Made by a program: the position numbers and the translations under genes. 52,821 bases of DNA from positions 1 through 52,821 of IMG/VR virus record IMGVR_UViG_3300045988_133004. The stretch is one strand, 5' to 3'. The notes under the pieces are model-generated. The model ran no database searches. It was not told where the DNA came from and worked only from the letters and a program-made list of their open reading frames with translations. This DNA comes from a virus. Positions 24,297-32,029 of the stretch are shown here, piece by piece. The stretch's first letter is position 1. Every line of letters begins with the position of its first letter.

Positions 24297-24656
24297 CTAC
24301 ATAATTAAATCTTTTACAACATTTATTATCAAGCAACACCAAACCAGCATCATACATATAGATGATACATTATTTAGTTTTTTATTGTCTTTAAATGAAG
24401 TATCTAATATTAAAGATAAGATACAAGCTAAGAAAGAAATTACATTTAACATAAAAAATAAATTAATATCAATCAAGCCTGCATTATATTTATTGATATC
24501 TATAAATATATATCTTATTAACAGATAAGAACAACCAACATTTACACAAACAGGATTTCTTATATAATCGAAAGATAGACTACCTAAATTTATTTTTATT
24601 CTATCTATACAAATTAAAATAATAACAATAAAGTCTATAAAATCCAATAAACTCAT
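24297..24656 (-). CDS. multi-pass membrane protein (paralog of 24656..24850)
   Basis: Hydrophobic throughout. N-terminal half aligns with the upstream 64-aa ORF. Confidence 0.55.
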   Translation of the reverse strand: MSLLDFIDFIVIILICIDRIKINLGSLSFDYIRNPVCVNVGCSYLLIRYIFIDINKYNAGLIDINLFFMLNVISFLACILSLILDTSFKDNKKLNNVSSICMMLVWCCLIINVVKDLIM

Positions 24657-24850
24657 TATTTATCCCCCATTTTAAATATATTGTACTTTTTAACAATGAT
24701 AAATATAGCCTTAATTATTATATAAGACCAACCAACTATTAAAAAGTAAGTGTTAGGTGTGTAGTAAATATTTACATAATCAGACGTTAACGAAAATTCT
24801 GTTATGCAAAGAATGAAAATAATTATAAAATCTAATTTACTAAACTTCAT
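24656..24850 (-). CDS. small membrane protein (paralog of the N-terminal half of 24297..24656)
   Basis: KLDFIIIFILCI...GWSYIIIKAIFIIVKKYN versus LLDFIDFIVIILICI...GCSYLLIRYIFIDINKYN. Confidence 0.55.
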   Translation of the reverse strand: MKFSKLDFIIIFILCITEFSLTSDYVNIYYTPNTYFLIVGWSYIIIKAIFIIVKKYNIFKMGDK

Positions 24851-24879
24851 TTTAATTCCTCCTTTAATGTTATGACTAT

Positions 24880-24908
24880 ATTATATCATATATCATTTAA
24901 CAATGCAA
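24880..24908 (-). promoter_or_regulatory. SigA-type promoter, leftward (TTGCAT-17-TATAAT)
   Basis: attata 24880-85 and atgcaa 24903-08. Confidence 0.6.
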
Positions 24909-24950
24909 TACATATTTAAAAAAATCCTAGATTAAATCTAGGATTATAAA

Positions 24951-25160
24951 TTAAAACCTGCTATATGTTGATATATCAACCATGCTTTTATTATTTTCTA
25001 TAGCTTCCATTATTTTATCATAAACCTCACGAGCATAAAAACCTTTATATAATACCAACTTATTACTATCAATTGTTGATACAACTTCATTATATTTGTA
25101 AACTATACAGCCTAACTGGTTAGCGTTTACTAGCTCTTTATCTGAAACTTTTATCCACAT
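24951..25160 (-). CDS. hypothetical protein (small paralog family)
   Basis: Preceded by the terminator cctagattaaatctagg. Confidence 0.5.
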   Translation of the reverse strand: MWIKVSDKELVNANQLGCIVYKYNEVVSTIDSNKLVLYKGFYAREVYDKIMEAIENNKSMVDISTYSRF

Positions 25161-25162
25161 AA

Positions 25163-25480
25163 TTACACCGCCAATTTTAATTTTAGATTATAATAATAAT
25201 TAGTTGCTACCAATTCATCAAAATGGTATATATCGTCTTTTTTTATCAAGGTCTTATGCCAACTGAAAAACTTAGGCAATTTTATTTTCTCTATTTGTTC
25301 AGTATTCTGAACCAGCTCATATATACCATCTTTGGTTTTTAATTTACTACCACTGAAAGGCTTATCCTCTATATATTCAATATTGGAAAGTTTTATTTCT
25401 TTTGTATTATAATGCTCATCAGCAATTAAAGCATATATACGACTGTTGAACGTGAAATAATAAATAAGTTTATAATACAT
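25163..25480 (-). CDS. hypothetical protein
   Basis: RBS ggaggt before ATG. Confidence 0.5.
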   Translation of the reverse strand: MYYKLIYYFTFNSRIYALIADEHYNTKEIKLSNIEYIEDKPFSGSKLKTKDGIYELVQNTEQIEKIKLPKFFSWHKTLIKKDDIYHFDELVATNYYYNLKLKLAV

Positions 25481-25494
25481 TGTTATACCTCCTA

Positions 25495-25803
25495 TTATAT
25501 TGCAGTAAATATATCAACGTCAAGCTTATCCTTGCCTGTTAATTCTTTGTAGCTTTCTTTTGATAACTCACAATATTTTTTTAAGTCAACATCTATATTA
25601 TGTGTCTTAGATAGATATATGCTGTTAATTAAAGCTTTAGCAACTTTTATTGCACTTGTTAAATCACCTGTTATTATAAATAAGTTGTATTCTTCATTAT
25701 CAAAATCAGTGGCTAATACCTTGAAGCAATATTCAAAACTTTTTATCTTAATCGTTTTGATTGCTTCCATGTTTATTATTATCTTTCTTCCTTTTATAAA
25801 CAT
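25495..25803 (-). CDS. hypothetical protein (MFIK.. paralog family)
   Basis: Start at internal ATG (MFIKGRK..), chosen by similarity to 6881..7075. Confidence 0.45.
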   Translation of the reverse strand: MFIKGRKIIINMEAIKTIKIKSFEYCFKVLATDFDNEEYNLFIITGDLTSAIKVAKALINSIYLSKTHNIDVDLKKYCELSKESYKELTGKDKLDVDIFTAI

Positions 25804-25924
25804 TATCTTCAACCCTTTCTTTGTTCTGCATACTTTTATAATCACGCAAATATTTAGGTGGCTTACGTGCTTCACTTATTGCTTTCCTATACATATTTAT
25901 TATCATTTCGTCTATTTTATCCAT
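25748..25924 (-). CDS. 58-aa basic hypothetical protein (below the ORF-track cutoff)
   Basis: Strong RBS aaaggagg 7 nt before ATG at 25924. My translation is MDKIDEMIINMYRKAISEARKPPKYLRDY.. Confidence 0.4.
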   Translation of the reverse strand: MDKIDEMIINMYRKAISEARKPPKYLRDYKSMQNKERVEDNVYKRKKDNNKHGSNQND

Positions 25925-25944
25925 TATTGAACCTCCTTTATCTT

Positions 25945-25973
25945 ATTATAGCATATTTTATAAATTAATGCAA
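25945..25973 (-). promoter_or_regulatory. SigA-type promoter, leftward (TTGCAT-17-TATAAT)
   Basis: attata 25945-50 and atgcaa 25968-73. Confidence 0.6.
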
Positions 25974-25997
25974 TAGAAAAAGCACCCTTTCTAGTGC

Positions 25998-26177
25998 TTA
26001 AGTATTAATATATTTATTTTGCATTTTACTAATCTTTAACGGTTTATTTGTTTCTGATATTAATTTACGTATAACACTAAGTGAATAATTAAGACAATCA
26101 TCACCTGTTTTACTTTGGTTTTCATAATTATTTACAATTGTTTCAATCTCTTTTTTCATTTTTTCCACGCTTACCAT
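25998..26177 (-). CDS. 59-aa hypothetical protein (MVSVEK.., paralogous N-terminus to the upstream ORF)
   Basis: TAATG overlap with the upstream ORF. My own translation. Confidence 0.4.
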   Translation of the reverse strand: MVSVEKMKKEIETIVNNYENQSKTGDDCLNYSLSVIRKLISETNKPLKISKMQNKYINT

Positions 26178-26347
26178 TATTTTTCGTCTTCTTCACATAC
26201 ATTAAACCAAGATGAAGGCGGTTCTATTTCTCCTTTTATTGGGCAGTTTACAATAAATGGGCAGTAATTTTCCTCACAATTATCAAAACTTTCGCAATGA
26301 CTGCTAATTATTTCAATTGCCTTATTTAATTCTTCCACGCTTGCCAT
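26177..26347 (-). CDS. 56-aa Cys-containing hypothetical protein (MASVEE..)
   Basis: RBS aggagg before ATG at 26347. My own translation. Confidence 0.4.
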   Translation of the reverse strand: MASVEELNKAIEIISSHCESFDNCEENYCPFIVNCPIKGEIEPPSSWFNVCEEDEK

Positions 26348-26359
26348 TTTTATTCCTCC

Positions 26360-26767
26360 TTAAATAACTTCAATTCCTAATACACAATAGCCATCTTTCA
26401 ATCCTTGTGGAAACCAATCGCTTTCTATCATGTATACTATTTTTAAACATAATCTATCGCCTGTATATCCTTTATCTCCACTATACTCTCGTAAATCTAT
26501 ATATTCACCAACTTTGAAATTTCGGTTATTTTTCCTAATTTCAAATTTTTTCTTGCCTTCTTTTACTGCTCTAAAATATTCAGGGACGATTTTTAATTCG
26601 TGTACTTTTACCATGTTGTTTTCCTCCACTTCACATTCTTTTATACAAGAAAAATATTCACCTATTTGTTTTTGTGCTAATCTAGCCAAAACAAAATTTT
26701 TATATACAATGTGTATCTTATTATTGTTACCATAAACATCTGATACAGTTAATACATATACTTTCAT
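26360..26767 (-). CDS. DUF3850/ASCH-like (PUA-fold) domain protein
   Basis: HELKIVPEYFRAVKEGKKKFEIRKNNRNFKVGEYIDLREY matches the DUF3850 core. ATGA overlap start at 26767. Confidence 0.6.
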   Translation of the reverse strand: MKVYVLTVSDVYGNNNKIHIVYKNFVLARLAQKQIGEYFSCIKECEVEENNMVKVHELKIVPEYFRAVKEGKKKFEIRKNNRNFKVGEYIDLREYSGDKGYTGDRLCLKIVYMIESDWFPQGLKDGYCVLGIEVI

Positions 26768-27045
26768 AAGCAACCACCACAACAACCTTTTTGTACATTA
26801 TCATTTACTACCTTTTCAATTTCTTCTTTAAATGGCATAAGTTCTGGATAATATTTTTCAAAATTATATTCACTCATTTCCCAATCTCCTTGAGTTACTA
26901 TGTCGTTACCATCATCATCAAAGTAGCATTTACCGCAACTATATAAGCAATTTCTAAGCTCATATAATTTACCGTTTACCTTTATAACCAATAAGCCCCT
27001 GCATAAATTAGGATATTCGCCATTATAACTAATAAATTCAACCAT
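26764..27045 (-). CDS. Cys-rich hypothetical protein (ends CCGGCL)
   Basis: RBS ggagga before ATG. Confidence 0.5.
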   Translation of the reverse strand: MVEFISYNGEYPNLCRGLLVIKVNGKLYELRNCLYSCGKCYFDDDGNDIVTQGDWEMSEYNFEKYYPELMPFKEEIEKVVNDNVQKGCCGGCL

Positions 27046-27056
27046 TATTTTTCCTC

Positions 27057-27263
27057 CTACACGTTAGCATTACAAAGAATGTGAACACATTTTACAACTA
27101 CATACATATAAAAATAAAAACCAAACAATCTAAACAATGCTTTATCTTTTTTAGTTGGCAGTTTATCATTATATATAATAGCGTCCATTCTTAAAACTAA
27201 GAAAAAGAATGCTATCTGATATGCGAATAGTAACAAATATTCTATAATGTCTACATATTTCAT
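27057..27263 (-). CDS. small membrane protein
   Basis: Two hydrophobic helices. Confidence 0.5.
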   Translation of the reverse strand: MKYVDIIEYLLLFAYQIAFFFLVLRMDAIIYNDKLPTKKDKALFRLFGFYFYMYVVVKCVHILCNANV

Positions 27264-27421
27264 TCTATTACCTCCTTTTCTTCTATGTCTATATAAAAAG
27301 GCTCATATCCACTTTTTTTAAACATAGCTTCATATAAATAATTTTGAACTTTTACTGCTTTTCTTTTGTCTTTATATATTGCAAAAATTTCATCATCACA
27401 AATAACTACATATACTTTCAT
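27260..27421 (-). CDS. 53-aa hypothetical protein (MKVYVV.. family)
   Basis: TAATG and ATGA couplings at both ends. My own translation. Confidence 0.4.
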   Translation of the reverse strand: MKVYVVICDDEIFAIYKDKRKAVKVQNYLYEAMFKKSGYEPFYIDIEEKEVIE

Positions 27422-27759
27422 TACCATAACCCCACCTTTTTAAAATACTCATCTACTGTCAAACCATCAATTCTAGCAACACCGTCTTTTGATGGTTTGT
27501 TTGGTATATTATACTTTTTAAGTGCCACATCTAGCAATTCAAGTGCTTTTTCCTTTGCTCCTTCTTTTCTTACAAGCTCTATACTGCAACTAGTATATTC
27601 ATTGTCAATTTCTATTTCTGTTTTAGGAACAGGTGTGATTGTGTCAAATAACTCTTGTAATTCGTCGCAAAACGTATTAAATTTCTCATATTCTGGTATC
27701 CCTTTTGCTTCTAATCTTTCTTTTAACATATCTCTAACCCAATTATCATTATTCATCAT
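27421..27759 (-). CDS. hypothetical protein coupled to the Panacea-domain gene
   Basis: 4-nt ATGA overlap with 27756..28313. Confidence 0.55.
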   Translation of the reverse strand: MMNNDNWVRDMLKERLEAKGIPEYEKFNTFCDELQELFDTITPVPKTEIEIDNEYTSCSIELVRKEGAKEKALELLDVALKKYNIPNKPSKDGVARIDGLTVDEYFKKVGLW

Positions 27760-28313
27760 ATAACCTCTTTTTTAATCATCTCTAGCGGTATTGTTAATCT
27801 TTCACCTTTACCGCCATTATAAATTTCTTTCCATGCACCAGATTGATTAAGCTTTACTAAATCCCATGTTGGTATACCATCAAATTTATCTATCACATAT
27901 TTTACTATGTCTTTTGCTTCTTCTGGTATATCAATATCATATTTTATAGGTATATTGCCAACAAAATAATTATAACGATAATATACATTAGCTACAACAG
28001 CACCATATTTATAAGCCAATATTTCATCATCAAATAAAGGCTTGTTATACCTTTTAAGGCTTTCATGTTGACAATAATATAATATTTTGTTTAGCCTTAA
28101 ATTATTAATAAGATTATTGCTTATAATATATTTTGCAATATCTACCGCTTTCATTGTATCGACTGTTAAACCGTCAATAACTTCTTGCATTTTTCTTAAA
28201 CACTTATCACGCTCGCTTTCTGTTCTAATTTTATCTATCAACCTTTGTTCTTCTCGTTTTTCTAACAACTCTTTGAATACGCGGTCATATTTACCAATAT
28301 ATTTATCTTTCAT
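27756..28313 (-). CDS. Panacea (DUF4065 / SocA-GepA-like) domain protein
   Basis: MKAVDIAKYIISNN..LRLNKILYYCQHESLKRYNKPLFDDEILAYKYGAVVANVY matches the DUF4065 core (LNKLLYYaQ...PLF.e.i.AW.yGPV). Confidence 0.65.
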   Translation of the reverse strand: MKDKYIGKYDRVFKELLEKREEQRLIDKIRTESERDKCLRKMQEVIDGLTVDTMKAVDIAKYIISNNLINNLRLNKILYYCQHESLKRYNKPLFDDEILAYKYGAVVANVYYRYNYFVGNIPIKYDIDIPEEAKDIVKYVIDKFDGIPTWDLVKLNQSGAWKEIYNGGKGERLTIPLEMIKKEVI

Positions 28314-28330
28314 TATATCACCTCTATTAC

Positions 28331-28359
28331 ATTATATCACATTTAGCTAAATAATGCAA
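28331..28359 (-). promoter_or_regulatory. SigA-type promoter, leftward (TTGCAT-17-TATAAT)
   Basis: attata 28331-36 and atgcaa 28354-59. Confidence 0.6.
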
Positions 28360-28393
28360 ATAAAAAAGGTGGCTTTTACACCACCTAAATATA

Positions 28394-28738
28394 TTAAAAT
28401 ACATCATTTTCAACTAAACGGAATACCATAACATTTATAATACCACACATTCTAGATATATAGTATTCATCAAGTATATTATATCCATTTTCTTTTTCTA
28501 TTCTATTATATAAATCTCCTAGTATTGTTCTATCAATTAATTCTTCACATTTCGCCAAAAATACTAAATAATATTCATCATTTGATAATTTTAGTATTGA
28601 CTGCTCTCTTACAGCTTTTATTATTGTTCTAGGTAAACTTTTACTGTTTTCAATAGAACTAACCCCATTTACAGCAAACTCACAACGTTTTGAAGTCATC
28701 TCACTTTTTACTTTTTCAATTAATTCACTTAATTTCAT
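28394..28738 (-). CDS. hypothetical protein
   Basis: Followed by the terminator ggtggcttttacaccacc. Confidence 0.5.
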   Translation of the reverse strand: MKLSELIEKVKSEMTSKRCEFAVNGVSSIENSKSLPRTIIKAVREQSILKLSNDEYYLVFLAKCEELIDRTILGDLYNRIEKENGYNILDEYYISRMCGIINVMVFRLVENDVF

Positions 28739-28750
28739 TTTATCACCTCA

Positions 28751-29155
28751 TTAATAACGTACTTTACTTAATATATCATAGCAATAGTTAACCAAAAAAT
28801 CTTCTATAACATCTTTATCATAAGCATTAACATCTATCCCATAAAAGTTAAGCACTTCTATTATTGATTTTAGCTTATTTTCATCACTTATTAAGAAGTA
28901 CTTATTATTTTTATTGAACACTGTTTTTTTATTAGATATACGTTGGCTTCTATGAGAAAGTGATTTATTGTTATTGTTAATAAAAATATTTAATGAAAAT
29001 TCAAGATGTACTTCTTTATCTTCTACGTTACATTTTGCAAGCCTTATTATGCTTACAACATCAATAGAAAACATTTCAAGTACAAAATTTCTATTGTATA
29101 GTGCTTTGTCTATTTCTTCTTGGCTTTCTAAAATTGTACAATTTAACTCTTTCAT
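28751..29155 (-). CDS. hypothetical protein
   Basis: RBS aggagacg before ATG. Confidence 0.5.
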   Translation of the reverse strand: MKELNCTILESQEEIDKALYNRNFVLEMFSIDVVSIIRLAKCNVEDKEVHLEFSLNIFINNNNKSLSHRSQRISNKKTVFNKNNKYFLISDENKLKSIIEVLNFYGIDVNAYDKDVIEDFLVNYCYDILSKVRY

Positions 29156-29167
29156 ATTATACGTCTC

Positions 29168-29467
29168 CTACTTATCTTTTGTTGTTGCTATTAGTTCACC
29201 ATTTCTATGAACTAAGTTGAACCACTCATCAATAAATATATCCGTTATATTTACCTTTAACAATTTAATATCTAAAATTCTAAATTTTATTACCAGATAT
29301 TTTCCAACACCTTTATTAACAGATAGCTTATATATAAGTTTATTTGATGGTAAATATTCTTTTATATGTTTTATACCTGCATTATCTGATATATAGTTTG
29401 CTATTTCTGTTAACTCAATATCTTTGTTTAAATATTTTTGCTTTAGTTCTTGTAAAATTATCATCAT
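29168..29467 (-). CDS. hypothetical protein
   Basis: First ORF after the promoter at 29486-514. Confidence 0.5.
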   Translation of the reverse strand: MMIILQELKQKYLNKDIELTEIANYISDNAGIKHIKEYLPSNKLIYKLSVNKGVGKYLVIKFRILDIKLLKVNITDIFIDEWFNLVHRNGELIATTKDK

Positions 29468-29485
29468 ATCACCTACCTTAATATT

Positions 29486-29514
29486 ATTATATCACATATT
29501 GAAGAATAATGCAA
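29486..29514 (-). promoter_or_regulatory. SigA-type promoter, leftward (TTGCAT-17-TATAAT)
   Basis: attata 29486-91 and atgcaa 29509-14. Confidence 0.6.
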
Positions 29515-29548
29515 ATAAATATTGGCGGTAATTAAACCGCCAATATTG

Positions 29549-30457
29549 TTATTCAATTATTAAGTTATCAAGATTAACATTTTCTTCAATTTCAAAAGTT
29601 ATGCCTAGAAACTCTAACAATTTAACTAAAAATAAAGTTCTAGGGTTTAATTCAGTTGTATTTCTTAGGTATCGTGAATAATCACCTAAGTCAAAATCAT
29701 AAAATAAAACGAAAAAATTATTAGCTTTATGTTCTGATAATAAATCAAAATCTTTAAAGCTTTTATTCTCTGAACATAAACTTCTATCTTCTTTTATATA
29801 ATAAGTAAAAGTTTGCTCTTCTTTCCAACCTTTTAATTCTAAAATAAACGGTATTTTTTTACTTTCATCACTAATTAAATCGCTTAAATAACGAACTGTT
29901 AGACTTGAATATTTTTTAGGAGTACCACCTTCTAAAATATCAATACTTTCAATTCTTTTATTATCCAGCAAAATATTTAAGTAAAATCTTGAAGCAGGCT
30001 TGCAAGTTGACTCTTTTAACTTTTGAGCAAAAGAGTTGTTATATTTCATTTTAGAATAAACAGACATTAAAGAAAATAACTTTGTATCGTTTTCTAACTT
30101 TAAAGGTTTTGACATTATTTCGCCAACGTAAGGAAGCTTGTCTTTATATTTATATCCTCTTAAATAGAATGTTCCATCTTTATATATATCTATCGCTAAA
30201 TAATTTTCGCTATATGGTATTTCCATATAATATATCTTTCCATTTTCTAGCCCAGCCGTTTCAACAATCAATTTAAAATACTTGTTTATAAAATACTTAT
30301 AAGTTTTATCTTCATTTATTTTATTTAGTTTTGCTAATTCCTCTTTCATTTCTTTAGTGCGTTTAGCACTGTATATTTCTTCTTGCTTTTTCCAATACTT
30401 TTCTACGTCAAAATCTTCCATATCGCAACCAAATTCAGGAACTTGTTGATATTCCAT
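29549..30457 (-). CDS. hypothetical protein (302 aa)
   Basis: RBS aaggagtg. Own promoter (30488-516) and terminator (ggcggtaattaaaccgcc). Confidence 0.6.
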   Translation of the reverse strand: MEYQQVPEFGCDMEDFDVEKYWKKQEEIYSAKRTKEMKEELAKLNKINEDKTYKYFINKYFKLIVETAGLENGKIYYMEIPYSENYLAIDIYKDGTFYLRGYKYKDKLPYVGEIMSKPLKLENDTKLFSLMSVYSKMKYNNSFAQKLKESTCKPASRFYLNILLDNKRIESIDILEGGTPKKYSSLTVRYLSDLISDESKKIPFILELKGWKEEQTFTYYIKEDRSLCSENKSFKDFDLLSEHKANNFFVLFYDFDLGDYSRYLRNTTELNPRTLFLVKLLEFLGITFEIEENVNLDNLIIE

Positions 30458-30487
30458 ATTAAATCACTCCTTATTGTTTATACTTAT

Positions 30488-30516
30488 ATTATATCATATT
30501 TATAATAATAATGCAA
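30488..30516 (-). promoter_or_regulatory. SigA-type promoter, leftward (TTGCAT-17-TATAAT, TGn)
   Basis: Reverse complement reads ttgcattattattataaatatgatataat. Confidence 0.65.
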
Positions 30517-30581
30517 TATATAAACATAATAAAATAAGCGAAAATATCTTCATGGGGTGGTGAAAATATCTTCGCTTGCGG

Positions 30582-31304
30582 TTAACATTCATAGGTAAAT
30601 AATTTTTCTATTCTATCAATACTTTTGCTATTTTCTCTATGACCTAGACCGCACTTTATTTCTTTAGACCATACACATTTAAAATCAGAAGGTGCAACAT
30701 ATTCACTTATAAATATTTTATAACCTTCTCTCGCCTTATTTCTGCACCATTCCCAAAATTCATCATGATTAAAATTGCCTGTTATGTAGCCTGTTGAATT
30801 TTTATACGGCGGGTCGCAATATATCAAACTATTACTAGGGATATATAAATCCTTGTAATCTGAATATACAAAATTAACACCTTTTATGTTATTTAATTGC
30901 TTAAGTATGTTGTTAGAACACTCAATCATATAATTTCTTGATTTACTTGCTCCCTCTTTATACTCTTTCCCAGAATATCCATTCATAAACATTCCCCTAT
31001 AGCATAAAGCGGTAAAACCTACCCACCCAACATAATAATCTGGATATTTATCTTTATTTTCTTTAACTTTTAGAGCTTCTTCTTTTGATATACCTATTGG
31101 CGGTTTATATCCTTTTTGAAGTTCTTTGAATAACGCTATCAAATATTTATTATTATCTGCTCCTATTCTTTTACCGCCAACCTTATCAATGACGTTAGCA
31201 CCACCAACGAAAGGCTCAACCCATGTCATATCTTCTTTTCTGTGAGCTTGCATTATTGGTATTATATACTTTGCTATCCTTGATTTACTGCCCATATATC
31301 TCAA
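30582..31304 (-). CDS. dam: DNA N6-adenine methyltransferase, Dam (D12 class) family
   Basis: MRYMGSKSRIAKYI, EPFVGGANV (FxGxG SAM motif), and the catalytic motif CDPPY. Confidence 0.85.
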   Translation of the reverse strand: MRYMGSKSRIAKYIIPIMQAHRKEDMTWVEPFVGGANVIDKVGGKRIGADNNKYLIALFKELQKGYKPPIGISKEEALKVKENKDKYPDYYVGWVGFTALCYRGMFMNGYSGKEYKEGASKSRNYMIECSNNILKQLNNIKGVNFVYSDYKDLYIPSNSLIYCDPPYKNSTGYITGNFNHDEFWEWCRNKAREGYKIFISEYVAPSDFKCVWSKEIKCGLGHRENSKSIDRIEKLFTYEC

Positions 31305-31315
31305 TTATTATCACC

Positions 31316-31570
31316 TTATACCATTTGCTGTTTAATCTTATATCTACCATTGGCGGTCTTAGCACGGAAAATGTAAAACTCCTTGTAACGTCTTTTTACT
31401 ATGAAGTCGAACGCACTTTTAATATCCATGAAGTACCAATTCATCTTTACGTTGTTTCTAACTGTCTTAACTATGAAGAATGTAACCTTACTACCGCAAC
31501 TTATGATGTCGCTTAATTCAATGTTACTCTTAATGTTGCTTAGCAACTTTATCTTTTCTTGTTTCGTCAT
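31316..31570 (-). CDS. hypothetical protein
   Basis: RBS aggtgag 5 nt before ATG at 31570 (MTKQEKIK..). The longer ORF to 31618 lacks an RBS. Confidence 0.5.
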   Translation of the reverse strand: MTKQEKIKLLSNIKSNIELSDIISCGSKVTFFIVKTVRNNVKMNWYFMDIKSAFDFIVKRRYKEFYIFRAKTANGRYKIKQQMV

Positions 31571-31636
31571 GTTCTCACCTACTTTGTATTTTCTACTCAA
31601 TCTCTTGACAACCAACAATCAATCAACTAATGCTGG

Positions 31637-32016
31637 TAGAGAGTTAACTCAAGAAGCGTAGTCTTTGCCCCCGCCACTTGGGGGACGTTAAAGACCACGT
31701 TAAAAGTTCTAATGCTGTATATCGAGCTGAACTCTTTCGCTTCATCTAAACCACCTAAGAGCCTAGGTCTGCCGTTATCTCCACAACTGCCACGTTGTAC
31801 GGTGGTTCGCCTCACTTACCTTATCAATGGTATCACAGGACGGTTTTGTATATGGTGATAAAATCCATATACGCAGTACAAGGAGTTTCACCCTGTACGC
31901 ATCTAGGATTGTCTTACCCTCTAACGGCAACTGACACTGTGGCAAGCAGTGAATTTTATTTTAAGGTGGTTTGAATATCAACACCCGCATTTTTCAAGTT
32001 GCGGTTTAACTCTCTA
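31637..32016 (-). ncRNA. large structured RNA of unknown class (5' leader or stand-alone RNA of the leftward early transcript)
   Basis: 11-bp closing helix 32006-16/31637-47. Nested helices 31966-73/31748-55 and 31921-29/31771-79. Several hairpins. Three G-U pairs valid only on the minus strand. No credible ORF. Visibly more G+C-rich than its surroundings. Confidence 0.6.
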
Positions 32017-32029
32017 TTAACTTAACTAC

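Noticed and set aside
31627-31815. 62-aa minus-strand ORF (MRRTTVQRGSCGDNGRPRLLGG..) inside the G+C-rich intergenic region
   Set aside because: It has no RBS. It lies entirely within the helices of the structured RNA, and its Arg/Gly-rich composition reflects the local G+C content. I treat it as spurious.
31637-32016. Known RNA classes for the leftward structured RNA: RNase P RNA, tmRNA, T-box, S-box/SAM riboswitch, cobalamin riboswitch, hammerhead
   Set aside because: - I looked for GAGGAAAGUCC and ACAGAA..GGCUUA (RNase P), and for a tRNA-like acceptor/T-arm with a tag ORF (tmRNA).
- I looked for GGGUGGUACCGCG (T-box), the TTATCAAGAGAGG.. core (S-box), the B12 box, and CUGAUGA..GAAA.
- None is present beyond short chance resemblances such as gggtgaaa and gccactt.
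- This needs a covariance-model scan to be certain.
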